From: an uncultured virus (IMG/VR IMGVR_UViG_3300042879_004569)
Lineage: Duplodnaviria > Heunggongvirae > Uroviricota > Caudoviricetes
Virus record (IMG/VR): IMGVR_UViG_3300042879_004569
Strand: one strand, 5' to 3'
Length of the DNA: 64,000 nt
Part shown: one piece after another, positions 1 through 9,544 of the stretch
Numbering within the stretch: position 1 is the stretch's first letter
How the letters are laid out: every line of letters starts with the position of its first letter
The notes under the pieces: model-generated
What the model was told of the DNA's origin: nothing
What the model saw: only the letters and a program-made list of their open reading frames with translations
The model's database searches: none
Translations under genes and position numbers: made by a program

Positions 1-2
1 TT

Positions 3-131
3 TCTCCAGAAGCGACTGCTCTTTTCCAGCGAGAAAAGAAAGCAGCTTTAAATCAGGCTTTGGTTGAACGCCAGGCCGCAATGGCTGGTATGTTTGGCCC
101 AACTAAAACATTTGCCAAGGCTTTTGGCTGA
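3..131 (+). CDS. 3' end of hypothetical protein (partial)
   Basis: Open frame SPEATALFQREKK...AKAFG ending TGA at 131. Confidence 0.6.
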   Translation, partial: SPEATALFQREKKAALNQALVERQAAMAGMFGPTKTFAKAFG

Positions 132-175
132 TTTATTGTGAACTCGAATAAAATACATTTATTAGGATTTTAACT

Positions 176-1066
176 ATGGGCAGCGGCGGAACTACAGTTA
201 ATTATCCCGGCCCTTCGGCCGAGGAAAAAGCGTATTACAAGATTCTTACGGATCAAACCAATTACGCCATTGAAGAAAAAAAGACTGCCTCTAAAGCTGA
301 TACAGCTCGCAAAGAAGCTGCTGCTCGGGCGGGACAAGCCAATTGGAGTTCTTATTTAAAGAACTTGCAGTCTGGCTATTCGCAAGGTCTTTATGGCATC
401 AAGGATATCGAAGATGCTGCTTCCAAATTTGAAAAGGATTATGGCCTTGATATTGGCTATACAGCTGGTGAAGTTTCTAAATTGCGGGCGCAATATACAA
501 AAGACATTGATAAAAAACGCGATGTAAAAATTAATTCTGCGTTTAAAGATCTTCTTGGCCGCGATGCCACGTCACAGGAAATTCAACGTTATCAACAAGA
601 GTTTGATGCAGGCGATTACACCAGTAGTGATCTTTTAAACAGCATTAAATCTTCGTCTGATTACACAAGTCAACTTTCAGACAGTTACCTGGAGGCTTAC
701 CACGATGAGCTGTACGGTAAAAAAATAACCAAACAAGAGGGCGGCAAGCCCGTCAAAACAGATCAACGTGCGTTCACGTTCCTTCAGGGATTTGAACCCA
801 GTTACGCTGGTGATCTCAAAGCAGATACAGGACTTGCTTTTGGTGCTGCACCTACAACAGTAACCGGAACCATTGGTCAAATTGAAGAAGCTATTCAGTC
901 TTCCAGACAAAAACGTCAATTCATGTATGACTCTGGGTTAACAAAACTTCAAGGTCAAATTGATAAAGATGTGCAAAAAATTAAAAACGAAGGTGGCAAA
1001 GAAGTGGCTAAGATTCAAGCCAAATCTTCGTTGTATGGACAACTGCTGGGCGGGTTTACTTTCTAA
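176..1066 (+). CDS. hypothetical protein, possibly virion-associated
   Basis: 296-aa ORF; contains FKDLLGRDATSQEI helical motif; upstream TAAAAT box. Confidence 0.6.
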   Translation: MGSGGTTVNYPGPSAEEKAYYKILTDQTNYAIEEKKTASKADTARKEAAARAGQANWSSYLKNLQSGYSQGLYGIKDIEDAASKFEKDYGLDIGYTAGEVSKLRAQYTKDIDKKRDVKINSAFKDLLGRDATSQEIQRYQQEFDAGDYTSSDLLNSIKSSSDYTSQLSDSYLEAYHDELYGKKITKQEGGKPVKTDQRAFTFLQGFEPSYAGDLKADTGLAFGAAPTTVTGTIGQIEEAIQSSRQKRQFMYDSGLTKLQGQIDKDVQKIKNEGGKEVAKIQAKSSLYGQLLGGFTF

Positions 1067-1269
1067 TGAAACTCGACCGACCTGCCCCAACTTCGTCGGC
1101 ACCTGATGCCACGATAAAAACGAATACAAACAAAGGTTTGCCAGAAGGCCCTTCTACTGGAACCGATGCCTTTTCTGGTTATTCGTTAAAAGATTTTGAT
1201 TCATTGTTAAATGAATTAGAATCACAAAAGAGACAGAATGTAAAACTGCGCTCTTCAAGCCTTTCTTAA
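1066..1269 (+). CDS. hypothetical protein
   Basis: TAATG-coupled to the previous ORF; C-terminal motif shared with the next ORF. Confidence 0.55.
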   Translation: MKLDRPAPTSSAPDATIKTNTNKGLPEGPSTGTDAFSGYSLKDFDSLLNELESQKRQNVKLRSSSLS

Positions 1270-1303
1270 TTTGGTAAGGCTATAATTTTTTTAGACGGAT
1301 TTT

Positions 1304-1612
1304 TTGAACATGTCGTATTCAAGCGCCGCTTATTACAAGGCTCTTCAAGAACTTGCTAGTGGAGCCTTAAAGCCTAGCCAAAGCGCCAAAAACTTAGGTC
1401 TCACTCAGGCTGAAGCCCAGAAAAAAATTCAGGATATTGAATCTGAGCGTTTTCAATCTGAATATGCTCCTTCCGATTTCAAAATGAATGAGTTTGAAGG
1501 TCTCTTGAGTCGCCTGGAGTCTTCCAAAATGCGTCAAACTGGTCAGCGCGGCGAAATTGAAGGTCGTAACATTTATCGCCAAGGCTTGGCGAACATGATG
1601 ACCAATTTCTGA
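1304..1612 (+). CDS. hypothetical protein (ATG at 1310 likely)
   Basis: ORF with upstream TATAAT. Confidence 0.6.
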   Translation: MNMSYSSAAYYKALQELASGALKPSQSAKNLGLTQAEAQKKIQDIESERFQSEYAPSDFKMNEFEGLLSRLESSKMRQTGQRGEIEGRNIYRQGLANMMTNF

Positions 1613-1755
1613 TGACAATGAAACCGGAAGAACAACAACAAAATAAGATTGCTGATTCCGGTTTAAATCGTTATAAGCAAGCTGTTGACGTTGCTTATAA
1701 TTTTTTAAAGAAAAAACGCCAAACTGAAACAGCTCCTTCTGAGTCTCCCGCGTAA
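1612..1755 (+). CDS. small hypothetical protein (47 aa)
   Basis: TGATG coupling; MTMKPEEQQQ...SESPA fills the gap. Confidence 0.5.
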   Translation: MTMKPEEQQQNKIADSGLNRYKQAVDVAYNFLKKKRQTETAPSESPA

Positions 1756-1760
1756 CAATA

Positions 1761-2084
1761 ATGGCAACTACTTATTACACTAAAGACGACGACACAGGGC
1801 TTTATTCAGAGGCTGATCCGTTTGGTGATTTTGAATCTTCTGGAACCGCAACTTCTTCTTCTGGTTCTGGCTCTTCTACATCGTCTTCTTCTTCTTCCCA
1901 AACACAAGATACGGCAGAAGATTTATTTGACGTTGAAAAAGCCAAAAAAGCAACAGAAGCTGCTAAGCTTTATGCAGGCGTAGCTGTTGGTGCTTCTAAA
2001 GAAAAAGCACAACAACTGCAAGAGTTTAAACAGCAAGATGAAGCAAGGGACTACCTCCAAGCTCAAAGAGCTTATCGTTACTGA
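1761..2084 (+). CDS. hypothetical protein with Ser-rich linker
   Basis: 107-aa ORF in operon context. Confidence 0.6.
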   Translation: MATTYYTKDDDTGLYSEADPFGDFESSGTATSSSGSGSSTSSSSSSQTQDTAEDLFDVEKAKKATEAAKLYAGVAVGASKEKAQQLQEFKQQDEARDYLQAQRAYRY

Positions 2085-2571
2085 TTCATTTGCGGAGTGG
2101 GTGCGTTTTTTAGATGACGCCACCCAAGAATCTTTCTGTTCGTTTTGCTCTGAAAATTATTCCGTAATTGAATGCTTTTTGTATGCCCGATTTTTGGGAT
2201 ATACAGGGAGTATAACCATTTGTGAAGACTGGGTTAAAGTTCGTTACAAAAAACCCGATCATCGTAAAAAACTTCTTTACGAGATCGAAGAAATGCAAGA
2301 AGATATTCGCAAGCTGCGAGAAGCGGTAGAGGATGGAACTGTAAAAAGGGACGCCGGTGTTGCACGAATTGCATCTATGCAAAAAGAATTGCGCGGCACT
2401 ATTGCCCAAGTGGAAGAGTTTACTTCCAATAAAGATCGTAAAGGATTACTTATGGCTGGAGCAGATAGAGCCATTCGTGAGTTGATGTTTATTTTTAAAG
2501 ACGATCCAATTGAATCACCTCTACATGAAGCTTCAATGAGCGTTTGGGCTCGAATGCAATTAGAAGAATAG
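2038..2571 (+). CDS. hypothetical protein, candidate terminase small subunit
   Basis: Helical/coiled-coil ORF just upstream of TerL; function by position only. Confidence 0.4.
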   Translation: MKQGTTSKLKELIVTDSFAEWVRFLDDATQESFCSFCSENYSVIECFLYARFLGYTGSITICEDWVKVRYKKPDHRKKLLYEIEEMQEDIRKLREAVEDGTVKRDAGVARIASMQKELRGTIAQVEEFTSNKDRKGLLMAGADRAIRELMFIFKDDPIESPLHEASMSVWARMQLEE

Positions 2572-2608
2572 ACTGTTAAAATATTTTTATAAAACTAAAA
2601 TTAGTGTC

Positions 2609-2884
2609 ATGGGTTCGGCAGCAGGTAAAATTCCAGCAGGACAGCAAGAAGGTTATATGAATGCGTTAAAGCAAAAAGCCCAGTCTGGTCAAAAACCGGG
2701 CGCTGTTCGCCTCGCTGGTAATGCTCCAACTGCTCCCACTCTTCCCAAGCGTGAAGACTTTGAGGCTTATCGCCAACTGAAAGAAACTGCAACCGCTGCT
2801 CGTTCGGCTGCTGCCGAACGTACAAAAACTCCTCAACGCTCAGGTATTTCCATGGGTCCTGGCACAGCGGGCCGCACATTCTGA
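2609..2884 (+). CDS. hypothetical basic protein
   Basis: 91-aa ORF; TAAAAT 7 nt upstream of ATG. Confidence 0.55.
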   Translation: MGSAAGKIPAGQQEGYMNALKQKAQSGQKPGAVRLAGNAPTAPTLPKREDFEAYRQLKETATAARSAAAERTKTPQRSGISMGPGTAGRTF

Positions 2885-3036
2885 TGACTGCCAACAAGAT
2901 GCCCCCAGCTTTGCTGGCCCACTTCAAAAAGAAAGAAGCCAAAAAAGAAGATGGGACGGAAATGTCCGACAAAGAAAAACATAAAGCAGCTTTAGAAAAA
3001 GCAAAACAATATCAAAAAAACAAGAAAGACAAATAA
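2884..3036 (+). CDS. small Lys-rich protein (50 aa)
   Basis: TGATG coupling; MTANKMPPALLAHFKKKE... Confidence 0.55.
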   Translation: MTANKMPPALLAHFKKKEAKKEDGTEMSDKEKHKAALEKAKQYQKNKKDK

Positions 3037-3071
3037 TTCAGCTAGTATTCAAGTACGTTTGAGTACTTACT

Positions 3072-4598
3072 GTGCCTTCTTATATTCACCTTGCTCACCG
3101 TCGCAACGCTCGCGCTGCTTCTAAGAATTACAAAATTAAAGATACTAAAAACTACGACTTAATTAAAAAGGCGAAAGAAGATTTTGGTTATTTTTGTGAG
3201 TATGTAGCAGATAAACCTCCGGCCGACCACCATAAAAATTGGCACAAACATTTTGTTACAGAACGAGATAGTAGTTGTTTAATCAAAATTGCTGGCCCGA
3301 ATATTGATTTGTTGGCTCCACGGGGGTCGGCTAAATCCACAGTATTAGGCTTGCTTACTGCTTGGGCTATTGGAATTCATACAGAAGCAAAGCGTCCTTT
3401 GCAGGTTCTTTATCTTTCTTATACCGTTGACATTGCTCGTTCTAAGTCAGCAACAATTAAACGTATTATTGAAAGCAAACGTTACCAGGAAGTTTTTCCA
3501 AGTGTTCGTCTTTTAAAGAATGTAACAAGTAACGAGTACTGGTCTATCGACCACAAGTTTGCTGGTATTGACGTTACAGGTGATGAACAATTTACGCTTT
3601 GCGCTGCAGGCTTAAAAGGTTCAGTGACATCCAAGCGTTCTCACCTTGTAATGATTGATGACGCTATTAAATCAGCCGCAGACATTGCAAACCCTGACAT
3701 CAGGAAAATGATGCAGGACAACTGGAACGCAGTTATTGCGCCCACTATGTTTGAAGGTGGAAGAGCCATTTGTCTTGGTACTCGTTTTCGACACGACGAT
3801 ATTCATGCCACTACTTTTAATGAACAAAATAACTGGACTCAAATTGTTCTCTCTGCAATTCAAAATGATTTAAAAACAGGAGAGGAATTGTCCTATTGGC
3901 CAGATATGTGGTCATTGGATTATTTAAAAGAAAAGAAAAGACAAGCTCCAATTGCTTTTTCTTTTCAGTACATGAATCAAATTGTGCGTCAAAACGAATT
4001 GTCTTTGGCGCCCGAACTGATTGTTAAAGCGGAAATTGCAACAGAGTTTGATACTCTTGGAATCGGTGTTGACTTATCTGCTGGCACCAAAGAAAAAAAC
4101 GACTATACAGTAATGATTCTTGGTGGTCGCATTGAAGATCGAATTCATATTATTGATTACAGGCGCATTCGAGTCATGGGTAATCTTGAAAAACTAGATG
4201 CCTTAAAAGAATTGCTTAATGACTGGTCAGTGATTGGACGTGATGATAATGGAAATTATTTTCCAACTTATTCGACTTGCGACATTTGGTCAGAAGCTGT
4301 CCAGTATCAGGCCTCCCTGGAAGCCGACTTCAAGCGCGTATGTCTCAATAATGAAGGTCTCTATAATTTGATCTGGCATCCAGTCAAAGGTTTCAGAGCG
4401 GATAAGCTGGCACGTTTCCGTGGAATCATGGGTATGTTTGAAGACCGAAAAATCGTCTTCAATCGTTTCCGTAATTTCACTACTCTTTTCGATGAACTCA
4501 CAAACTTCGGTGTAAGTGGTCATGATGATTGTGTAGACGCTCTTGTCTGGTTAGTCACTGGATTAGCGAGAAAAGGACAGCTTCAGATTGATTACTGA
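3072..4598 (+). CDS. terL: terminase large subunit
   Basis: Walker A APRGSAKST, Walker B VMIDD, GTRF, RNase H-like GVDLS...NDYT, C-terminal HDDCVDA. Confidence 0.93.
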   Translation: MPSYIHLAHRRNARAASKNYKIKDTKNYDLIKKAKEDFGYFCEYVADKPPADHHKNWHKHFVTERDSSCLIKIAGPNIDLLAPRGSAKSTVLGLLTAWAIGIHTEAKRPLQVLYLSYTVDIARSKSATIKRIIESKRYQEVFPSVRLLKNVTSNEYWSIDHKFAGIDVTGDEQFTLCAAGLKGSVTSKRSHLVMIDDAIKSAADIANPDIRKMMQDNWNAVIAPTMFEGGRAICLGTRFRHDDIHATTFNEQNNWTQIVLSAIQNDLKTGEELSYWPDMWSLDYLKEKKRQAPIAFSFQYMNQIVRQNELSLAPELIVKAEIATEFDTLGIGVDLSAGTKEKNDYTVMILGGRIEDRIHIIDYRRIRVMGNLEKLDALKELLNDWSVIGRDDNGNYFPTYSTCDIWSEAVQYQASLEADFKRVCLNNEGLYNLIWHPVKGFRADKLARFRGIMGMFEDRKIVFNRFRNFTTLFDELTNFGVSGHDDCVDALVWLVTGLARKGQLQIDY

Positions 4599-4628
4599 AT
4601 TTAAAATAGTAAAAACGTTTTTAAATTT

Positions 4629-4922
4629 GTGGGCCCAGAATACATTGCTGTTGGCTTAAGTGCAGTTATTTCCGCAACCATGGGCGGAAGCTGGGTAGCT
4701 AACAAAATTTTAAGCAGGTCACATGATCGTGTCAGGCAAGTCCATGATCTTCTAGATGTGCAGGAAAATCGTTTGAATTCTCTTGAGAATCAACTTAATC
4801 GTCTTCCTCTGGAATATGTTTTAAAAGTTGATTTCTTAAGAGAAATTCAAGAAATGCACGACAACTTTAAACAGATCAATACTAAGCTTGATAAACTGAT
4901 GGAAAAGATTTTGAGCAAATGA
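4629..4922 (+). CDS. membrane protein with coiled coil
   Basis: N-terminal hydrophobic segment followed by heptad pattern. Confidence 0.6.
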   Translation: MGPEYIAVGLSAVISATMGGSWVANKILSRSHDRVRQVHDLLDVQENRLNSLENQLNRLPLEYVLKVDFLREIQEMHDNFKQINTKLDKLMEKILSK

Positions 4923-5101
4923 GCTACATTTTAGAAGTTCAAGAAGACGAAAACGGTGATCAATATATTGTTTTACCCGACGAAGTAATTGAAGATCTTG
5001 GTTGGCAAGAAGGAGACGTATTAAATTGGGATGTACGAGGAGAAGGTATTGTTATTTCAAAAGTTAATGATCCTTCTGGATACGAGATTTTAGAAGAGTA
5101 A
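4919..5101 (+). CDS. AbrB/MazE/SpoVT-like DNA-binding protein
   Basis: IVLPDEVIEDLGWQEGDVL swapped-hairpin signature. Confidence 0.75.
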   Translation: MSYILEVQEDENGDQYIVLPDEVIEDLGWQEGDVLNWDVRGEGIVISKVNDPSGYEILEE

Positions 5102-5123
5102 AATACAAAAAAACGATAAAGAA

Positions 5124-5453
5124 ATGCGTTACTACGGTATGTCTAATGTTCCTGGTGCGCCAGGGGTTTTTGTGGCTGGCAGCCCCGGATACTTTATGCC
5201 TGAAAAGGAGATTCAAGATCGTCTTTTTCGATACGGCATGGATAATACTCCTGCTGGACAACAGCTTCAGCAACGCATTCAAGAGATACGTCAGCGCTAT
5301 CCAAATGTCTTTGCTCCCCAAGCTTCAACTCAAATGAATGGGTCGAGCAATCTGCCAAACGCGATTAATAATATGCAAGATTTTAATTCGCGCCCTTCCG
5401 CTGTTGCGCCGTTAAATGTCCCCCCTGGATTTCAAAATAAATTCGTTTCTTAA
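5124..5453 (+). CDS. hypothetical protein
   Basis: 109-aa ORF between terL and portal. Confidence 0.55.
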   Translation: MRYYGMSNVPGAPGVFVAGSPGYFMPEKEIQDRLFRYGMDNTPAGQQLQQRIQEIRQRYPNVFAPQASTQMNGSSNLPNAINNMQDFNSRPSAVAPLNVPPGFQNKFVS

Positions 5454-5504
5454 ATCGACATCTTAAAATAACTGTTAAACTGAAAATAAGATTAGGTATT
5501 GTGA

Positions 5505-7808
5505 ATGGCTTCCGACGTTAAAGCCAGGCTTCAAGAAATTGTCAATGCAACCATTGAAAAAGATGGTACTGGCAACGTCGATACCATGGTTGTTGGGTCT
5601 CATTTGGCCCAGATGAAAATGTTTGGCATCCGTCAGGGTGTTGAGTTTTTTCCCGGCCAAGACAACTTTGGAAACCAAAGAAAAGATTTTTTAGATCGCG
5701 TTATTAAATATAATCAAATTGATATTCGCTTAGATTCTATCTGGGAGTATTTTCTTTGCGATGGAAAAGGTCTTTTTTATATTCGACCAACTAAAAAAAA
5801 TTATCGTCTTTATTATTTTCGCGAACACGAATATCGCACTTTTTACGATATTGACGGCGAGCTAGAAGAAGTAATCATCATTTATAGCTATAAAGTTCGT
5901 AATGGCTACGGCTTTGGCGATTCAATTAACGTCCAAAGTGTTACAGGAGCTGCAACACTTGGAGACCGTGGTTCTAAACGTTATATTCGACTTTCGATTA
6001 AACGTAAAACAATTGAAGAAACGCATTCAGAAGGTGAAATGTCTTTTGAAATGCCAAATTATGCAGTCCCCGGCAAAACAAAAACTTTTAAAAACACATT
6101 AGGTTTTATTCCTTGTGTTGAAATCTTTAACAACCCTAAGGGTTTTTCAACAGAAGGGACAGGGGAGTTTGATTCCATGGCCAGCCATATCGTCATTCAT
6201 GATGACATGGTTCGCACCATGCGGAAGAACGTGCAGTTCTTTGGTAATCCAACACTTCTTTCGTCACGTCCAAAAACCGATCTTATTGAAGCTGGTGGCG
6301 ATGCTGTTGTTCAGCGACCATCCATTGCGGCAAACTCCGGTTTTACCGGATTAAATTCGTTAAGCAGATCCACGTTTAAATCGGACCCCATTAATCGTGG
6401 TGTTGACGGGCAAATCCGTGTTCCGCGAGTAATTGCAAACCTGGAACCAAATGATCGAGTTGGGTACATTGTCCCAGATGCCATTACGGGTGATCAAAAT
6501 GCGTTTGCAAAACAATACAGGGAAGAGATTAGAACCGCTCTTGGCGGTGTAGATGAACTTGGCATTTCCGCTGGTATTACCGCAACAGAGTACAAATCTT
6601 TATTTGGCCGTGTTGCTGCTACTTCTCGCAAAAAAGCAACTGCTATTTACACTTACGGTATTTGTCGTTGCTTGGAATTAATTCTCTTCCAGGAAGAAAA
6701 ACTTTTCCGCGAATCATTAGCGGCTATTGCAGGATTTGAAAAACCAATCGAACCCATTAGTGGCGCAACTGAGGAAGAATTGAATGCATATGAAGAAGCG
6801 ATGGATATGTTTAACGATCAAGTCAAACGTTTAATGATGGCTTGCGTTGAAACCAAAATGATTCCACCAGGAGTTATTGGTTTAATTCCCGATGGAGACG
6901 TAACTGTCTTGTGGCGCTGGACTGGACCTGTTTACGACGACACTACGCAAGATATTTTGAACAGTTCAATTGTTGTTCGAAATTTACAAGAATTAGGTGT
7001 TGATAGCATTGAAGCACTGAAATACCTCTTTCCGGCTAAAACGGATGAGGAGCGGGCCGAGATGTTATCTGGGTTCCCGTTCAGGATGGTGGGTGAATTG
7101 CAGAATGCATATTCTCAATTTGCTCGCTTAGTGGGGGGCATGATGCAGACTCCTCACCCGCAATCACCGGATTTACCGATGGCTGCGGATCCCAGGCTGG
7201 ATTTAACTCCATATCTGTATCGAACTCTCGAAGCTTTACAAAAGGAGATGAGTTATGCAGGACGCTACCGTCCAATCGATCCCACAGACGAGCCAAGCAC
7301 CTACAGCAGTAGCTCCCAGCAGCTACGTGGTGGCAGCACCGGCTCCGACAGCGGTTCCAACACCGGTTTATCAGCAGGCGGTTCAAGCGCCAACGTACCA
7401 ACCGGCTATCAGCTACCCCCAAGCGACACCTCAGGCGAGCCCCAATTACCAATCCGCCCCTACGCAGTACGCCCCCCAATTCCAATCGGAAGCGCCGAAC
7501 AGCAATCCTTGGGAATCGGCGTTCAACAAGGTGGTGAATCTCCTGAGCGCACCAGTCCAATCCCCATTCCAGGGTCAACCGTCAGCGCCGACCAGCTACA
7601 GCCCGGCGAACTACGGAATGCCCAGCAGCCCAGCTACGCAACCATCGGAGACGCAGACTTGGTCTCCCAGCCCGGCCTACTCGCCCAGCTCTTCCCCAAC
7701 TTCCTCGAATCCATCCTTAACGGACCTCGCGGATTACGTCGGCCTGAGCCAGGAAAGCCGCCAGGTGGTGGACGCGTTCGGAATCGAAGCACCCGCAATC
7801 CTAAATAA
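5505..7808 (+). CDS. portal protein with long C-terminal extension overlapping the scaffold gene
   Basis: Position between terL and scaffold/MCP; LGFIPCVEIFNNP and SEQ-size typical of portals. Confidence 0.72.
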   Translation: MASDVKARLQEIVNATIEKDGTGNVDTMVVGSHLAQMKMFGIRQGVEFFPGQDNFGNQRKDFLDRVIKYNQIDIRLDSIWEYFLCDGKGLFYIRPTKKNYRLYYFREHEYRTFYDIDGELEEVIIIYSYKVRNGYGFGDSINVQSVTGAATLGDRGSKRYIRLSIKRKTIEETHSEGEMSFEMPNYAVPGKTKTFKNTLGFIPCVEIFNNPKGFSTEGTGEFDSMASHIVIHDDMVRTMRKNVQFFGNPTLLSSRPKTDLIEAGGDAVVQRPSIAANSGFTGLNSLSRSTFKSDPINRGVDGQIRVPRVIANLEPNDRVGYIVPDAITGDQNAFAKQYREEIRTALGGVDELGISAGITATEYKSLFGRVAATSRKKATAIYTYGICRCLELILFQEEKLFRESLAAIAGFEKPIEPISGATEEELNAYEEAMDMFNDQVKRLMMACVETKMIPPGVIGLIPDGDVTVLWRWTGPVYDDTTQDILNSSIVVRNLQELGVDSIEALKYLFPAKTDEERAEMLSGFPFRMVGELQNAYSQFARLVGGMMQTPHPQSPDLPMAADPRLDLTPYLYRTLEALQKEMSYAGRYRPIDPTDEPSTYSSSSQQLRGGSTGSDSGSNTGLSAGGSSANVPTGYQLPPSDTSGEPQLPIRPYAVRPPIPIGSAEQQSLGIGVQQGGESPERTSPIPIPGSTVSADQLQPGELRNAQQPSYATIGDADLVSQPGLLAQLFPNFLESILNGPRGLRRPEPGKPPGGGRVRNRSTRNPK

Positions 7809-8232
7809 CTATGCCGTCCAACTGGAAGGCATGCTGGATAGCGCCGTTCAGTGGGGCGCTGAAGCCCAGGGTTTAATTCAGCGTTACGCTCAGTTTGCTG
7901 TTAATGAGCATCAAGAGAATCTGGCTTATAACGAGATTCTTACTAATCCTGACGTACTCAGTGATTACACGCTGAAGTTCTTTGGTCCTGAAGGTCCATA
8001 TCCTGTTTACGAAAGTGAGCGGCAACTGGAAACCCCTGGCTATCGCACAGCCCCGACTCAAACCAACATGAGCGAGTTTCCTGCTCCTCCTGCTGCCGAA
8101 GGTCAACAACAACCAGAAAACTTCTGGGGGACCTTTAGTGAAATGATGGCTCGCGATCCTCAAAACGCCTGGCGTGTTTTGAATAACGCTCAGCCAGCCA
8201 CTGTGGCAAGTAAATTATTTGTCATGGAATGA
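7255..8232 (+). CDS. capsid scaffolding-like protein
   Basis: SD AAGGAG 7 nt before ATG; P/Q/A/S-rich N-terminus, helical C-terminus; directly before MCP. Confidence 0.7.
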   Translation: MQDATVQSIPQTSQAPTAVAPSSYVVAAPAPTAVPTPVYQQAVQAPTYQPAISYPQATPQASPNYQSAPTQYAPQFQSEAPNSNPWESAFNKVVNLLSAPVQSPFQGQPSAPTSYSPANYGMPSSPATQPSETQTWSPSPAYSPSSSPTSSNPSLTDLADYVGLSQESRQVVDAFGIEAPAILNNYAVQLEGMLDSAVQWGAEAQGLIQRYAQFAVNEHQENLAYNEILTNPDVLSDYTLKFFGPEGPYPVYESERQLETPGYRTAPTQTNMSEFPAPPAAEGQQQPENFWGTFSEMMARDPQNAWRVLNNAQPATVASKLFVME

Positions 8233-8346
8233 TAAGTAATTTGTATAAATTACCAACTGCTAAAATTTGTGTTAGATAAGACATTTTGTCTGAATCTTTC
8301 ACCCGATAAAAAACACATTTCCTGCGAAATTGGAGGATAAAAGAAA

Positions 8347-9510
8347 GTGTTTCTTGATAACGATTTCCCAAAGATCTTAGGTGCGGAACTTTACCGTCCC
8401 CACCCTGGTTATATTGCTGAAATGGCCGTGGAGCCTGTGGTTGTCCACGACTTCACCCGTCAGCCTGGTCAAACTGTTCAGCTTGATCGCTACAAGTTCT
8501 GGGGTAGCCCTGGTACTAAGGACAGCCGCGAGCGTGTGGCTGACCAGACCATCGGTACCGCCAACAGCCGCAACATCACCAAAGAGAAGGTGCTTGTTGT
8601 TCTGAAGGAGTACACCGGTCCTGCTGACCCGGGCGATCCGACCCAGCCCAGCACTTTCAAGATTGCTCGTGAAACTCTGATTACCGCCCAGCGTCTCTTG
8701 CTGGATACCGGTAACTTGAATATGTTCCACCAGTCGATCGGTAGCCTGACGCTGCTTGACGACTATCGCCGTTGGCGTGACCGCGTCTTCATTGACGAAC
8801 TTGCCAAAGCCGAAGCTAATGGTGCTGCCTCGACCACTCAAGGCGGTTATTATTTCCCTGGTGCCAAAACCAAAGACTCGTCCGGGCGTATTAAGTACGA
8901 CAGCACTGAGTATGGCAATGAAGTTCAGCAGTTCCAGGTTCGTACCGACCTGCTGACCATTGTGAAGGACCTGCGTAAGCGCAACGTGCCGACCTATGCT
9001 GATGGTCTGTATCGCTGCATTTGCGATCCTACCTTCATGATGCACCTGCGTCGTGATCCTGACTTCCGTGAAATTGCCCGCTACGCTGGCAATCCTGGTC
9101 AGGGCATGTATATGGGCAACCCTGCGATGCCTAACAACGCATCGTTCTACATGGGTCCCCAAGCTGGCCAAGGTTATTTCCTTGCCGGTGAGCCCGTCAT
9201 GCCGACCGGTGTTCAGTTTGAAGGCGTGAAGTTCTTCGAGTCGACCAACTTCCCGACTAAGAACATTACCGCTTCTTTTGACAACGGTTCCAGCTACTCC
9301 GCCAAGGAAGTTGCTCAGGGTTACTTCTTCGGCCCTCAGGCTATCGGCGTTGGTATTGGTGGCCCCAATGCTCAAGTGCTGATTAATAATAACGATGATT
9401 TCAGCCGTTTCATCATTCTGATTTGGCAACTGTACGCCGGTTTTGAAATCCTGAACAAGGATTTTGTTACCACTGCTTATAGCTTTATTCAGGACGACGG
9501 TACTGTCTGA
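8347..9510 (+). CDS. major capsid protein
   Basis: 387 aa, GGAGG SD, strong codon bias, PGQTVQLDRY N-terminal motif, position after scaffold. Confidence 0.82.
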   Translation: MFLDNDFPKILGAELYRPHPGYIAEMAVEPVVVHDFTRQPGQTVQLDRYKFWGSPGTKDSRERVADQTIGTANSRNITKEKVLVVLKEYTGPADPGDPTQPSTFKIARETLITAQRLLLDTGNLNMFHQSIGSLTLLDDYRRWRDRVFIDELAKAEANGAASTTQGGYYFPGAKTKDSSGRIKYDSTEYGNEVQQFQVRTDLLTIVKDLRKRNVPTYADGLYRCICDPTFMMHLRRDPDFREIARYAGNPGQGMYMGNPAMPNNASFYMGPQAGQGYFLAGEPVMPTGVQFEGVKFFESTNFPTKNITASFDNGSSYSAKEVAQGYFFGPQAIGVGIGGPNAQVLINNNDDFSRFIILIWQLYAGFEILNKDFVTTAYSFIQDDGTV

Positions 9511-9544
9511 TAATCAAACCAATACATAAACAAGGGAAAAATAA

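Noticed and set aside
1850..1900. TCT-rich microsatellite
   Set aside because: Encodes a poly-Ser linker within an ORF
7081..7578. 165-aa minus ORF in the portal/scaffold overlap
   Set aside because: Explained by GC-rich double constraint; Arg/Cys-rich sequence with no motifs
8377..9429. 350-aa antisense ORF over the major capsid gene
   Set aside because: Typical shadow of strong codon bias; no recognisable motifs or start signals
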